A DNA stretch of 64,000 bases from positions 115,880,001-115,944,000 of the forward strand of contig NC_058373.1 in the NCBI RefSeq assembly GCF_018350175.1, read 5' to 3'. Both the position numbers and the translations under genes were made by a program. Origin of the DNA: Felis catus (Eukaryota). A model generated the notes under the pieces. It made no database searches. It saw only the letters and a program-made list of their open reading frames with translations, and was not told the DNA's origin. Shown here piece by piece: positions 63,400 to 64,000 of the stretch; the first letter of the stretch is position 1; each line of letters begins with the position of its first letter.

Positions 63400-63945
63400 G
63401 AGACCGCTGAGAAGCTGGGGAGAACGAATTTCGCCAGATCAGAGCCTTGGGAGTTACCACAAACGAACCTGAACCTTGCCCCCGCGAGCTACAAACCCCC
63501 AAACCAGCTCCCAGCCAATCAGGAAACAAAGGGTAACAGCGCCGGTTACCTCGGATATCCACGGCCGCCATAATCCCAAAAGCGCTCGCGGGTTCTCTTT
63601 CCGGCGTGCAGTAGAAACGTAACAGCTCCGACGACGGAAGCGGCGCGAGGCTGACTGCAGGGACAGCGAGGAACGCCAGGCGGAGACTGCGCGGCCAGGA
63701 GAGCGGCCTGGGGAGGGGAGGGGCAGGGAGGAGGGGGCGGGGCTGGGGAAGAGAGGGGAGGGGCCGGGCTGGCAGGTGAAGGAGCGGGAAAGAGGTGAGG
63801 GGCGGGGCCGGGAAGTGGAGCGGGGCGGGGCGAGAAGGAGGAGAGACAAGGAGCAGAAGAGGCGGGGAGAAAGCACTACCGGCGGAAAAAAGTGGGGAGG
63901 CTTTGAGGAAAACGAGACTGAGCCGAGTCCTGCCTCTCGCCAACC
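63400..63945 (-). promoter_or_regulatory. MED6: MED6 CpG-island promoter
   Basis: High CpG density, several GGGGCGGG boxes, ETS-like CGGAAG/CCGGAA, YY1-like ATTATGGCGGC over the start codon, no obvious TATA. Confidence 0.85.
63550..63571 (-). CDS. MED6: MED6 exon 1 coding part (MAAVDIR), Mediator of RNA polymerase II transcription subunit 6
   Basis: ATG GCG GCC GTG GAT ATC CGA G|gtaacc; exons total 22+160+92+83+109+116+28+131 = 741 nt. Confidence 0.97.
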
Positions 63946-64000
63946 ACTGAGAGATTCGAAAACTGGACCTTGATCTTTTGTGATCGTTAAAAAAAAAAAA

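Noticed and set aside
63254..63943. 229-aa ORF in frame with the MED6 ATG, suggesting an N-terminal extension
   Set aside because: It starts at TTG, is low-complexity Pro/Leu from the GC-rich promoter, and reads through the exon 1 donor. Stop-free frames are expected in CpG islands.

Overview
Mammalian DNA from a felid, probably the domestic cat: the window is full of CAN-SINE/SINEC_Fc and carnivore L1 copies. It is the ADAM20-MED6 interval. It contains an intact single-coding-exon ADAM20 (3871-6060, -) and the complete 8-exon MED6 (63571 to 40990, -; exons splice to 741 nt = 246 aa + stop) with its CpG-island promoter. Two pseudogenes are not identified by the ORF track: a full-length decayed ADAM20/21-family gene on the + strand (~19090-21065), and an intronless double-homeobox DUXA retrocopy in MED6 intron 3 (~56127-56589, -). 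The rest is mostly transposon debris: about 38 SINEs, many L1 pieces, ERVL internal fragments, LTRs, and Tigger/MER elements. I found no evidence of a new multi-gene system. The most notable items are the DUXA retrocopy, the ADAM pseudogene, a tRNA-Cys-like 20-nt insertion with a target-site duplication (TSD), a stop/start-overlapping uORF on ADAM20, and several mechanistically informative retrotransposon structures. Repeat subfamily names and homologies come from recalled consensus sequences, not database searches, and repeat boundaries without TSDs are approximate.
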